A stretch of DNA of 64,000 bases from Treponemataceae bacterium (GTDB taxonomy: Bacteria > Spirochaetota > Spirochaetia > Treponematales > Rectinemataceae): assembly GCA_963678065.2 (NCBI GenBank), contig CAXXVZ010000004.1:672001-736000 (forward strand). The letters run 5' to 3'. Each line of letters starts with the position of its first letter. Positions within the stretch are counted from its first letter, which is position 1. The translations under genes were made by a program, and so were the position numbers. Positions 28,257 through 37,268 of the stretch are shown piece after piece. A model generated the notes under the pieces. It did not search any database and was not told the DNA's origin. It worked only from the letters and a program-made list of their open reading frames with translations.

Positions 28257-29663
28257 TCAGATCCCCGGATGACAGGACGAAATGTGGAGGTCCGAGCAGG
28301 ATTCCAGGGAAAAACCGGGACCATCCTGTCCCCGCACCCTGACCTTGTCAAGCCAGAGACCGCGCACGTTCGCGAACAGGAAACCCGCGCGGGCCCGGGG
28401 CCGGATGCCCTCGGACATCTCGGGCTCGGCCGGCTCGGCGGCGCCACCCACCGAGATGTCGATGTCGCTGAAGGAGAGGTTCGAGACGGGCGACTCCGCG
28501 AGGCCCTCGATGTGGCAGGCCGCGATCCTGACACCGGTCGCCGTGATCGCGCTGAAGGAAATGTCCGAGAATGATGGCGTGCTCTCGTCGACGGGAAGAT
28601 GGTCGCGCGAGGAAACCCTCGTGTCGCACCGCGCTCCGCAGAAGTAATGCATGTTGATGGTGAAAGGCACGAGGACCTCGCGCATCACGATGTTGGAGAC
28701 GCGCACCCGCTCGACCACGCCTCCCCTGCCCCTGCGGGTTTTCATCCGTATCCCTCGATCCGTGCCGTCGAACACGCAATTGCTCACCGCGATGTCCCGG
28801 ACTCCGCCGGACATCTCGCTGCCGATGACTATGGCGCCGTGACCGCTCTCGAGAATGCAGTCCGAGATGACGATCTTCTCGCAGGGAGCAAAGAGCGCGC
28901 GGCTCTCGGACTCCGCGCCCGACTTGATCGTGATGCAGTCATCGCCGACATTCACGCGACATCCCGTTATGCGGACAGATGAGCAGGAGTCGGGATTGAT
29001 GCCGTCGGTGTTGGGCGAATCGGGAGGATTGTCGATGGAGATTCCCGAGATCACGACATCCCGGCAGCGGACGGGATTGATGGTCCAGCTCGGCGAATTG
29101 ACGGCGTGGAAATCGCGCAGGAGCAGTCCCGAGCAATTCTCGAAAGCCATGAGGCGGGGGCGCGGATACTCGAGCTCTCCTTCCTTGAAACGCCGCCACC
29201 AGGGTCCTCCCCTGCCGTCGACGAGGCCGGAGCCGGTGACCGAAATATTCGAGACAGCAGTGGCGTGGATGAGAGCGCAGTGAGCGGCCCGGGTGCGCCC
29301 TTCCCAGCGGGTCTCGACGATCGGGTAATCGTCCGGGTTGCCGGAGCCGGCGATGACACAGCCGGGGTCGAGGTCGAGACGGATGTTGTCCCTGAGGAAG
29401 ATGCTGCCCGTCAGATAGACACCCGCGGGAAAATGGAGGACGCCGCCGCCTTGCGCGGCGAGGACCTCGATCGCGCTCTGTATCGCTTCCGTGTCGAGTC
29501 TGATTCCGCCGCCCGAGGCGCCGAAGTCCCTGACGGAAAGCCGGCCCCGTGCGGGTGCGGGTGCGGGTGCGGGTGCGGGTGCGGGTGCGGGTGCGGGTGC
29601 GGGTGCGGGTGCGGGTGCGGGTGCGGGTGCGGGTGCGGAAAACAGTGGCTCCGGAGCGGTCAT
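28257..29663 (-). CDS. Glycoside hydrolase family 28 (polygalacturonase-like), no signal peptide, N-terminal Ala-Pro repeat
   Basis: VRDFGA.G....DT.AIQ.AI, SPNTDG, GDDC, GHG and GIRMKT catalytic motifs; ATG overlaps the GH105 stop (TGATG). Confidence 0.92.
   Translation of the reverse strand: MTAPEPLFSAPAPAPAPAPAPAPAPAPAPAPAPAPAPARGRLSVRDFGASGGGIRLDTEAIQSAIEVLAAQGGGVLHFPAGVYLTGSIFLRDNIRLDLDPGCVIAGSGNPDDYPIVETRWEGRTRAAHCALIHATAVSNISVTGSGLVDGRGGPWWRRFKEGELEYPRPRLMAFENCSGLLLRDFHAVNSPSWTINPVRCRDVVISGISIDNPPDSPNTDGINPDSCSSVRITGCRVNVGDDCITIKSGAESESRALFAPCEKIVISDCILESGHGAIVIGSEMSGGVRDIAVSNCVFDGTDRGIRMKTRRGRGGVVERVRVSNIVMREVLVPFTINMHYFCGARCDTRVSSRDHLPVDESTPSFSDISFSAITATGVRIAACHIEGLAESPVSNLSFSDIDISVGGAAEPAEPEMSEGIRPRARAGFLFANVRGLWLDKVRVRGQDGPGFSLESCSDLHISSCHPGI
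29549..29638 (+). repeat. Perfect hexanucleotide tandem repeat (GTGCGG)x15 encoding (Pro-Ala)n in GH28
   Basis: 15 consecutive identical GTGCGG units counted in the sequence. Confidence 0.97.
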
Positions 29664-30820
29664 CAGGTCAAGTCTCCTTCGCAAAGCCACTGTTCGACCG
29701 CCGCGAGAATGAAGGGACCTGTGCCCTTGCAGTCGTCGGCTTTGACGGGCTCGCCGATGTAGTAGGAATAGCTGCCGTCGCGGTAGGGTTTTCCCCCCAG
29801 CCCCGCGACGGAACAGGTTCCGCCAAGGTGCCAGCCGCCGCCGGCGTCCCTGAACAGGAAACGCTCGGCGCAGCCTTGGAAGGCGCGGCGCGCGATCGCC
29901 CTGTGAGGATAATCGGGCAGGAAATCCAGCCTGACCGCCTTGGCCAGGGCGTAGGACATCATCGCCGAGACTGAGGCTTCGAGATAATTCCCTTCTTGCC
30001 CGCCTGAGTCGACCACCTGCCACCACAGACCCGAGAGGGAATCCTGGTAGCCCGCCATGGCTTCCGCCGTCCTCCGGAGAATAGCCCGCAGGCTGGCCCA
30101 GGCGTGTTCGGAGCGGGGTATCCATTCCAGGCTGTCGACGAGGGCCATGGCGAACCAGCCGATGGCGCGGCCCCAGAAATTGGGGGACCTGCCAGTCGCG
30201 GGATCCGCCCATGCCTGGCGCCTCGACTCGTCCCAACCGTGATAAAGAAGCCCAGTCGCGGGATCGCGCATCGCGCTCTCGGCGAGCGAAAACTGGAAGG
30301 CTATCCTGGCGAACATTTCAGGTTCTCCGAAGGTCGCGGCGTAGCGCGCGAGAAAGGGTTCGGCCATATACAGGCCGTCGAGCCACATCTGGTCGGGGTA
30401 TATCAGCTTGTGCCAGTAGCCGCCGGAGGGAGTCTTCGGCTGACTCTCCATCTGCTCCCGGAGAAGTGCGAGAGCCGCACGGAAGCGCGCGTCGTTCGTG
30501 GCTTCGAAAAGAGGAAAGAGATTTTTCCCTGGATTGATCTGGTCGAGATTGTACTCGACCTTCCGGTAGCCGCGGATGCGCGCGGGGCCTTCGCCGGAAG
30601 CATCCCCGCCGCGGTCGGAGAGCACGAAGGCCGCGACGGTTTCGTCGACACCGCGGACAAGGTCGGGCCTCTCCCAGGTCAGGCCCGCAGAGCGGACCGC
30701 GCCAAGGAAGAGACCCTCTTCGTAGTGCCAGTGTGCCGCGCTTCCCGAATGTTCGGGAAGGAGGGTGGCGGCGAGACCAAGTCCCGCCGCACGGACTTCC
30801 TCGGTGTCGACCTTATCCAT
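29663..30820 (-). CDS. Glycoside hydrolase family 105 (unsaturated rhamnogalacturonyl/galacturonyl hydrolase, YteR-like)
   Basis: WHYEEG, YNLDQINPG, GGYWHKLIYPDQMWLDGLYM, GLLYHGWDES, FWGRAIGW, NYLEAS and RDGSYSYY motifs. Confidence 0.92.
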   Translation of the reverse strand: MDKVDTEEVRAAGLGLAATLLPEHSGSAAHWHYEEGLFLGAVRSAGLTWERPDLVRGVDETVAAFVLSDRGGDASGEGPARIRGYRKVEYNLDQINPGKNLFPLFEATNDARFRAALALLREQMESQPKTPSGGYWHKLIYPDQMWLDGLYMAEPFLARYAATFGEPEMFARIAFQFSLAESAMRDPATGLLYHGWDESRRQAWADPATGRSPNFWGRAIGWFAMALVDSLEWIPRSEHAWASLRAILRRTAEAMAGYQDSLSGLWWQVVDSGGQEGNYLEASVSAMMSYALAKAVRLDFLPDYPHRAIARRAFQGCAERFLFRDAGGGWHLGGTCSVAGLGGKPYRDGSYSYYIGEPVKADDCKGTGPFILAAVEQWLCEGDLT

Positions 30821-30824
30821 GTCT

Positions 30825-32387
30825 TCAGTCCAGCATTCCCGCGTCGACGAGCTTGTCCTTGGCTTTCTTCTCGATGTCCCTGGCGCCGATGGAGTCCATG
30901 CCCTTTATGAATGCCGCCCAGGTCTGGTCGTTCAGAGGCTGCTGTCCGAGAGCGAACTTGAGGAGGTTCTCGTCGTAGTAGCGCTTGAAGTCGTTGACAT
31001 TGGAGGGCGGATCGATGAGTCCCGCGCCCGTCGCCTCGGTGTAGGGCGTGTTCTGGAAGAATTTCCAGGTCGCGAGGGGATTGATGGTCTTGCCGTTGGC
31101 GCTCTTGTAGGTGACATAGCGGACTTTCAGCTCGAGATCGTTGTTGACATAGACCATGTTCCGCAGTTGGGTGAGGTTCTGCTGGGACTTGTGCGTGTAG
31201 GCCTGTTCCGGCGCGATGCCCGCGAGGGTGATGTCGCCTTCCGCGTCCCTTTTGAAGTTGACGCCTTCGACGCCGAATCCGAGGAGGAAGTAGCCTTCGT
31301 CGTTGGCCATCCATTCGAGAAGTCTGGCGATGGCCTCGGTCTTGCCGGCCTTGGCCGCCTTTGTGGAAACCGCGTAGATGCGGGCGTTGGCCATGTCGAG
31401 GCCGTTGGAACTCTTTCCGGCCGGTCCGACGGGCGGCATGATCGGGACCCACTGACCTTCAGGGAAATTTTTGTCGAAGTCCTTGTAATTGGCCTGGGTG
31501 TGGAGGGCGGCGAACTGCTCCCACATGATGCCGAATTTTCCCTGCTTCCAGCGGGCGCGGAACTCGTCCTTGTTGGGTGTGGACCAGGTCGGGTCGATGA
31601 TCTTCTCGTCGGAAATCATCTTGATGTACTCGACGGCCTTGCGGAAGTTCGGGTCGCGGAAATTGAACTGGAACTTGTCCGCGCTCTCGAAATTCCACAT
31701 GCCCGGGACGCCGAAGGCGCCGAGAATGTAGTCGAAGCGGCGGCCGAAACCTGCTGAAGAGAGGCCGGTGGACTCGTAGAAGGCGCCGAAGCCGTAGGTG
31801 TCGGCCACGCCGTTCCCGTCGGGATCCTTCGTCGTGAAGGCGCGGGCGACGGCAGTCAGTTCATCGAGAGTCTTCGGAACCTTGAGGCCGAGCTTGTCGA
31901 GCCAATCTTTGCGGATGACGACGCCCTCGACGCGGGGCATGGCTCCCGGATCGGGAAGTCCGTACATCTTGCCGCCCAAAAGGACGAGTCTGCGGTTCAC
32001 AGGATCGCTGTAATGGGTCTTCGTGCGGACGGGCATCATGGGGAGCATGGAATCGACGGGAGCGACGAGTCCCTGCTTCGCCAGCTTCATGAGGATGTCG
32101 CGGTTGACGCCGAAGAGGTCGGGCAGAGAGTTGGACGCAGCCGCGAGGCTGATCTTCGTGTCCTGGTCGGTGGGCGTGGAAGGCTGGAGCACGATCTTGA
32201 GATCGATGTTCAGCTTGTCCTTGATGATCTTGTAGCCGATCCAGTTGTCAGGCGGAGCGCCGGCCTCGGTCACGGCGCCGAGGAGCCAGAGCTCGATCTC
32301 GGCGGGCTTGGCCTGGGCCCAGACGCCCGGCGCGGCGCAGGCGAGAAGAATGGCCGCCGCAATAATGGCGATGATCCTGTGCTTCAT
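30825..32387 (-). CDS. Carbohydrate ABC transporter substrate-binding protein (LplA-like)
   Basis: Signal peptide; ASNSLPDLF, GKMYGLP, IRKDWLDKLGLKVPKTLDEL and AFTTKDPDGNG motifs; RBS AAGGAGG. Confidence 0.9.
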   Translation of the reverse strand: MKHRIIAIIAAAILLACAAPGVWAQAKPAEIELWLLGAVTEAGAPPDNWIGYKIIKDKLNIDLKIVLQPSTPTDQDTKISLAAASNSLPDLFGVNRDILMKLAKQGLVAPVDSMLPMMPVRTKTHYSDPVNRRLVLLGGKMYGLPDPGAMPRVEGVVIRKDWLDKLGLKVPKTLDELTAVARAFTTKDPDGNGVADTYGFGAFYESTGLSSAGFGRRFDYILGAFGVPGMWNFESADKFQFNFRDPNFRKAVEYIKMISDEKIIDPTWSTPNKDEFRARWKQGKFGIMWEQFAALHTQANYKDFDKNFPEGQWVPIMPPVGPAGKSSNGLDMANARIYAVSTKAAKAGKTEAIARLLEWMANDEGYFLLGFGVEGVNFKRDAEGDITLAGIAPEQAYTHKSQQNLTQLRNMVYVNNDLELKVRYVTYKSANGKTINPLATWKFFQNTPYTEATGAGLIDPPSNVNDFKRYYDENLLKFALGQQPLNDQTWAAFIKGMDSIGARDIEKKAKDKLVDAGMLD

Positions 32388-32482
32388 GAAATACCTCCTT
32401 GTGAGACATGAATCCGAATGAACGTCTCCCGGCGGGCTGCCGGGTCTGCGCCCTTTCGGCGTATCAGCCACTGATGACCGAA

Positions 32483-33358
32483 TCAACCTTTGATGCCGCC
32501 CGCGAGGGACCCTTTCACGAAGTATTTCTGGATCCAGGGGTAGGCCATCATCATGGGAACCATCGTTATGAAGACGCTTGCCGCCTTCAGGGACTGCAGG
32601 GATGTGGAGCTGAAGGCGTCGTATTCGACGTAGTCGTTCATGTTCACCGCCATGAGGATGTTGCGCAGAAGCACCGGGAGCGGCTGTATTTTCTGGTCGT
32701 TCAGATAGAGCATGGGCGTGAAGAATTCGTTCCAGTGCCCCACGGCGTAAAAGAGCCCGATGGTGAGGAGAATGGGCTTCGAGAGGGGCAGGATGACCTT
32801 GAAAAGAATGAAGAATTCGCTCGCCCCGTCAATGCGCGCCGCCTCGAGAAGCTCGGTCGGAATTTCCATGAAGAAGTTGCGCATGATGAAGAGGTTGTAG
32901 ACGCTGATGGCGCCCGGGAGCATGACGGCGAGGAGCTTGTCCTGGAGTCCCAGCTGTGTCACGACGAGGTAAGTCGGGATGAGGCCGGCGCTGAAGAGGA
33001 AAGGAATCATGACGAGGGTGTTGAATATTCTGCGCCCGGGCAGGGTCCGCACGGAGAGGGCGTAGGCCATCGGTATCGTCAGGAAAAGATTGATGGCCGT
33101 TCCGCCTATCGTGATGATCGAGCTCGAGCGGAAGGCGCGCAGGAAGGCGGGGTGGCCGAGGAACTGTGTGTAGGCCTCCGTCGTCCAGACGGTCGGGCTC
33201 ACGAGGAGGCCGAAAGATCTGTCGAGGTGTCCGAGGGGCGTGAGCGAGAGCATGAGGACGCGCCAGAGCGGCACGATGACGATGAAGAGTATGATTCCGA
33301 GGAAGCCGTTGACACAGAGCTGGAAAATCAGTTCTTCGGTCGATTTGATCTTTCTCAT
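32483..33358 (-). CDS. Carbohydrate ABC transporter permease (LplC-like)
   Basis: FSAGLIPTYLVV, EAARIDGASE, LFYAVGHWNEF and YPWIQKYFVKG..GGIKG motifs. Confidence 0.92.
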   Translation of the reverse strand: MRKIKSTEELIFQLCVNGFLGIILFIVIVPLWRVLMLSLTPLGHLDRSFGLLVSPTVWTTEAYTQFLGHPAFLRAFRSSSIITIGGTAINLFLTIPMAYALSVRTLPGRRIFNTLVMIPFLFSAGLIPTYLVVTQLGLQDKLLAVMLPGAISVYNLFIMRNFFMEIPTELLEAARIDGASEFFILFKVILPLSKPILLTIGLFYAVGHWNEFFTPMLYLNDQKIQPLPVLLRNILMAVNMNDYVEYDAFSSTSLQSLKAASVFITMVPMMMAYPWIQKYFVKGSLAGGIKG

Positions 33359-33368
33359 AGCCCCGCTC

Positions 33369-34325
33369 CTAGAAGAGTCCCGCGTCGGAGTAGCGCTTCG
33401 CGAGGCGGTTGAATGTCGCCACGAGGGCGAGGCCGATGCAGCCTTTGAAGAGCCCGACGGCCGTTGCGAGGCTGAACTGGAAGTCGAGGACGCCCTGGCG
33501 GTAGACCCAGGTGTCGATGATGTCGCCGACCGAGTAGACGGGCACGGAGTAGGTCACGAAGATCTGGTGGAAGCCCGCGTCGAGGACGTTTCCGAGCCTG
33601 AGGAGGGCGACCGTGATGATGACATCGCGGATTCCGGGAATCGTGATGAAGCGGATGCGCTGCATGCGCGTCGCGCCCTCGACCTCGGCGGCTTCGTAGA
33701 GCCCCGTGTCGATGCCGGTCATGGCCGCGAGATAGATGATGGCGCTCCAGCCCATCTCCTTCCATACATCGGAGAGAACGACGACGACGGGATACCAGCG
33801 CGGGTCCTGGAGGAAGGATATCGGCTGGCCGCCCGCGGCCTTTATGACATCGTTGAGAAGACCCTCGTCCGGCGAGAGAAGGAGCAGAAGGACGCCGAGC
33901 ATGATGATCCAGGACAGAAAGTGGGGAAGGTAGGTCACCGTCTGCACGAATCGCTTGTAGCGCTTGAGCGAGGACTCATTCAGGGCGATGGCGAGTATGA
34001 CGGCCATGGGCAGGCCGATGGCGAGCTTCGCGAGCGAGAGCCCCAGCGTGTTGCGCAAGAGTTGCCAGAAGTAGATCGATCTGAAGAAGGTGAGGAAATT
34101 GACGAAACCCACCCAGGGACTCTTCCAGACTCCGTCGATCGGGCTGAAATCCTTGAAGGCTATCTGCGCGTTCACGAGGGGCCAGTAGCGGAAGACGAGG
34201 AAGTACAGGACGGGAAGGACGAGCATGAGATAGAGGGCGGCGTGACGGCGCATCCGGCCGGAAAGGCTTGCGGCGCGGAAGGTGGGCTGCCCGGAGCTCC
34301 GACTCAGCGTTATGGTTCGACTCAT
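33369..34325 (-). CDS. Carbohydrate ABC transporter permease (LplB-like)
   Basis: SPWVGF.NF, TYLPHFLSW, WKEMGWSAIIYLAA, LYEAAEVEGA and ATAVGLF motifs. Confidence 0.92.
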   Translation of the reverse strand: MSRTITLSRSSGQPTFRAASLSGRMRRHAALYLMLVLPVLYFLVFRYWPLVNAQIAFKDFSPIDGVWKSPWVGFVNFLTFFRSIYFWQLLRNTLGLSLAKLAIGLPMAVILAIALNESSLKRYKRFVQTVTYLPHFLSWIIMLGVLLLLLSPDEGLLNDVIKAAGGQPISFLQDPRWYPVVVVLSDVWKEMGWSAIIYLAAMTGIDTGLYEAAEVEGATRMQRIRFITIPGIRDVIITVALLRLGNVLDAGFHQIFVTYSVPVYSVGDIIDTWVYRQGVLDFQFSLATAVGLFKGCIGLALVATFNRLAKRYSDAGLF

Positions 34326-34595
34326 CGTATTTTCATTATTACGCCTTTCCCGGGAAAAATTGCGCCAGAGTTTTGGATTATTCCGAACTCATGAGAGGAG
34401 GAGGAATCGGGCAGAATGACAAAACTGATGGGATTTGTGGGAAAAAATTCGTATTCGGGGAGAAAACGGCTAAAGCCGTACTGGCTTCGGCTCAAGCCAA
34501 CTGAAAGTCCTGTGGTTGATTTTCGAGTTTAGATGTTGCAAAGAGCTAGTCACTATTTGTTGATCTTCGCTACGCCCCATCAACTAGGCGGATAC

Positions 34596-35381
34596 ATGAG
34601 AACACTTCTTTTTTTGCATCCACTCTTTTTTTTAGTCTATATTCTTATTGCTCTTTTATTACCGCTGATAACAAAACTCGAGCCACCGTATCTATTTGTT
34701 GTTGTGGTACTTTTTGCTTTACTTGCGTTTATTCTTTTTCCACGTCGTGATGAAGTGGAAAAAATATATATTGGCTTTTTTGTATTCTTTACTATATTAA
34801 ATATGCTCGATGTAGTTCTTACATCCGGTGCTCTGAGGAATACCATTAACGCTGACGAAATAAACCCATTTATCAATTCGCTGTACAGAAATCATACGTG
34901 TTTTATTATCTTCTTTGTTAGTTCGAAAATACTATTTTTTCTTCTTGTTCTAGCTCCATGGTCTTTTTTAAGAAGGATAGTTATTTCAAGTGAAACACGC
35001 TTTCGCTTGTTAACTAAAGCAGCAATAGGGTTCGACAGAAAAGAATTTGTTGCATATCTAAATTCGGAGATCATTGCGCGAGTTCGACTTCGGAATCGTA
35101 ATGTGTATCGAGGTGGGCCAGACATTTCTGAAGAGTATATTGACTATGCAGGAACATACTTAATAAATATGACGGCTTCCGCAATTCCGATATTTAGCAT
35201 ATTCATGGTATTGCTGACATTAAACAATTTATCATTCCTCCTTTTTCATAGCAAATGGATACTATATATTTGGGTGACGATAGGATTGGTTATTTATATG
35301 CTTTATGTATGGTTATTTCGGGATAGACTGATACGAAAAGTGTATGATAATATTTTTTTGGACGTTGCAAGACACAAGTAA
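34596..35381 (+). CDS. AT-rich hypothetical integral membrane protein, possibly containing a DUF5658-like segment
   Basis: About six hydrophobic stretches; LNMLDVVLT..L....EINPF resembles DUF5658; much more AT-rich than its neighbours. Start uncertain (34533 or 34596). Confidence 0.65.
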   Translation: MRTLLFLHPLFFLVYILIALLLPLITKLEPPYLFVVVVLFALLAFILFPRRDEVEKIYIGFFVFFTILNMLDVVLTSGALRNTINADEINPFINSLYRNHTCFIIFFVSSKILFFLLVLAPWSFLRRIVISSETRFRLLTKAAIGFDRKEFVAYLNSEIIARVRLRNRNVYRGGPDISEEYIDYAGTYLINMTASAIPIFSIFMVLLTLNNLSFLLFHSKWILYIWVTIGLVIYMLYVWLFRDRLIRKVYDNIFLDVARHK

Positions 35382-35615
35382 TTCGAGATATCAAGAAAAC
35401 ATAGAAAATATTGCCTTAAATAATATTCGCAGAGCACTGTCCCTATTTTGCCTTTGTTTGTGTTTTATCTATAGACTTGTCGCGAAACCATCAACTTTCT
35501 GCCAACTAATAATTCCAAAGTCCACAGGCAACACTGAATGTCAGATTAACAGATTCCATCCCTCCCTCCGCGCCGATTCTGCGTGGTCATATCAATTTTT
35601 CACTATATTGAATGG

Positions 35616-36131
35616 ATGGAAAGACAAACGACAAAGACCGCCTACCTCGCGGGCGGGTGTTTCTGGTGCCTCGAGGCGGTGTTCGAGCGGATTCCCGGCG
35701 TCGTCGACGTCGTGTCGGGCTACATGGGCGGGAGGATGCGCAATCCGGGCTACGGCATCGTGGGGACGGGTCTCACCGGCCACGCCGAAACGGTGCGCAT
35801 CGACTACGATCCGGCCGTCATCGGCTTCCCGGAACTCCTGGATTTCTTCTGGAAAATCCACGATCCGACCACGGAAAACAGGCAGGGTGCCGATCTCGGA
35901 AGCCAGTACCGCTCGGCGATTTTCTACGTCGACGAGGCGCAGAAAGAGCAGGCGGAGGCATCGATGCGAGCGGTTGCCCCATTGTGGTCTGATCCGATCG
36001 TGACGGAACTGTCCCTGGCGGGCGAGTTCTGGCCGGCCGAGGACTACCACCAGGATTATTTCCGGAACAACCCCGACGAGGGGTATTGCCGGGTCGTCAT
36101 CGCTCCGAAGCTCAGGAAAGCTGGTTTCTGA
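35616..36131 (+). CDS. msrA: Peptide-methionine (S)-S-oxide reductase
   Basis: AGGCFWC, SGYMGG, TGHAE, HDPT..NRQG.D.GSQYRS and AEDYHQDYF motifs. Confidence 0.96.
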   Translation: MERQTTKTAYLAGGCFWCLEAVFERIPGVVDVVSGYMGGRMRNPGYGIVGTGLTGHAETVRIDYDPAVIGFPELLDFFWKIHDPTTENRQGADLGSQYRSAIFYVDEAQKEQAEASMRAVAPLWSDPIVTELSLAGEFWPAEDYHQDYFRNNPDEGYCRVVIAPKLRKAGF

Positions 36132-37146
36132 GAACCTCGGCGAAGGCGCGCGCGGCGGTTTCGACACGAGCCGCGTCGATCCAGTAGTGGGTCACGAAGC
36201 GGAAGCTGCCGTTTTCCGGCGGATTGACGAGGATGCCGCGCTCCGCCATCGCCCGGACGACGCGCTCCGGATCGGGCGCGGGGTCGACGGCAAAGAATAC
36301 CATGTTGATGTCGACGGATTCAGGATCGAGGGCGAGGCCGGGGATGCGGGCGAGAAGCTCGGCGAAGAGCCTCGCGTTCGCGTGGTCCTCGTGAAGCCTC
36401 TTCGTCATATCCTTAAGCGCTATGAGGCCAGCGGCGGCGAGAATGCCCGCCTGCCTCATCGCGCCCCCCATGACTTTCCGCTTGCGTCTCGCCCGCGCGA
36501 TGAAATCCGCAGGCCCCGCGAGCATGGAGCCGACGGGGGCGCACAGCCCCTTGGACAGGCAGAACATGACAGAATCCGCGCGGGCGGCTATATCGCGCGC
36601 TTCCACGCCGAGGCTGGCGGCCGCGTTGAAGAGGCGCGCCCCATCGAGATGGACAGGAATGGCATGCCTGTCCGCGACTGCGCGGATCGCGTCCATCGCC
36701 TTGAGTGGAACGACCCTTCCCGAGGAGTGCGCGTTTTCGAGACATATGAGGGAGGTCGCGGGAAAATGGATGTCTTCTCCCCGGATGCGCGCTTCCACTG
36801 CCGCGGAGTCGAGGATGCCCGTCGGGGCAAGGATCGTCCTGGTCTGGACCCCGGCGATGGCTGCCGCGCCTCCAGCCTCGTGCTGGATGATGTGGCACTC
36901 TTCTCCGAGGATCACCTCCGTGCCGCGGGGGCACCAGGTGAACAGGGCGAGCTGGTTGCCGAATGTCCCTGAGGGAACGAAAAGGGCGGCTTCCTTGCCC
37001 ACAAGGGCGGCCGCGTAGCTTTCCAACTCATTGACCGTAGGATCGTCGCCGTAGACGTCGTCGCCGACGGGAGCCTGCGCCATGGCGCGCCTCATTTCGG
37101 AGGTGGGCCAAGTGACCGTATCGGAGCGGAGATCGATGTAGTTCAT
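36112..37146 (-). CDS. ltaE: Low-specificity L-threonine aldolase
   Basis: IDLRSDTVT, VGDDVYGDDPTV, PSGTFGNQ, HLDGARLFNA, CLSKGLCAPVGS (PLP Lys) and GGAMRQAG motifs; 3' end overlaps msrA by 20 nt. Confidence 0.95.
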   Translation of the reverse strand: MNYIDLRSDTVTWPTSEMRRAMAQAPVGDDVYGDDPTVNELESYAAALVGKEAALFVPSGTFGNQLALFTWCPRGTEVILGEECHIIQHEAGGAAAIAGVQTRTILAPTGILDSAAVEARIRGEDIHFPATSLICLENAHSSGRVVPLKAMDAIRAVADRHAIPVHLDGARLFNAAASLGVEARDIAARADSVMFCLSKGLCAPVGSMLAGPADFIARARRKRKVMGGAMRQAGILAAAGLIALKDMTKRLHEDHANARLFAELLARIPGLALDPESVDINMVFFAVDPAPDPERVVRAMAERGILVNPPENGSFRFVTHYWIDAARVETAARAFAEVLRNQLS

Positions 37147-37268
37147 GCGGGCGAGTGTAGCCTTCCGGACCGCGCGGGGACAAGCCGTTGCGGTGAAGAT
37201 TCATGGTGAACTCAACCACTATAAGGTTGGTTCACGAACGGCGCGTCATCGATCGGGGCACCCCCCAT

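Noticed and set aside
29549..29638. Repeat tract as a CRISPR array or a separate (RV)n/(CG)n ORF
   Set aside because: It is an uninterrupted 6-mer with no spacers or cas genes; the plus-strand ORFs are shadows of GH28.
29664..30236. 659-aa version of GH28 with a long N-terminal extension
   Set aside because: The extension overlaps GH105 in another frame and is compositionally a shadow; the TGATG coupling supports ATG 29663. Similar over-extensions of kdgK, kdgR and mtlD were trimmed.
37206..37235. Bulged hairpin as an integron attC or phage att site
   Set aside because: It is too short, lacks proper RYYYAAC/GTTRRRY boxes, has no second copy that I noticed, and no integrase is in the window.
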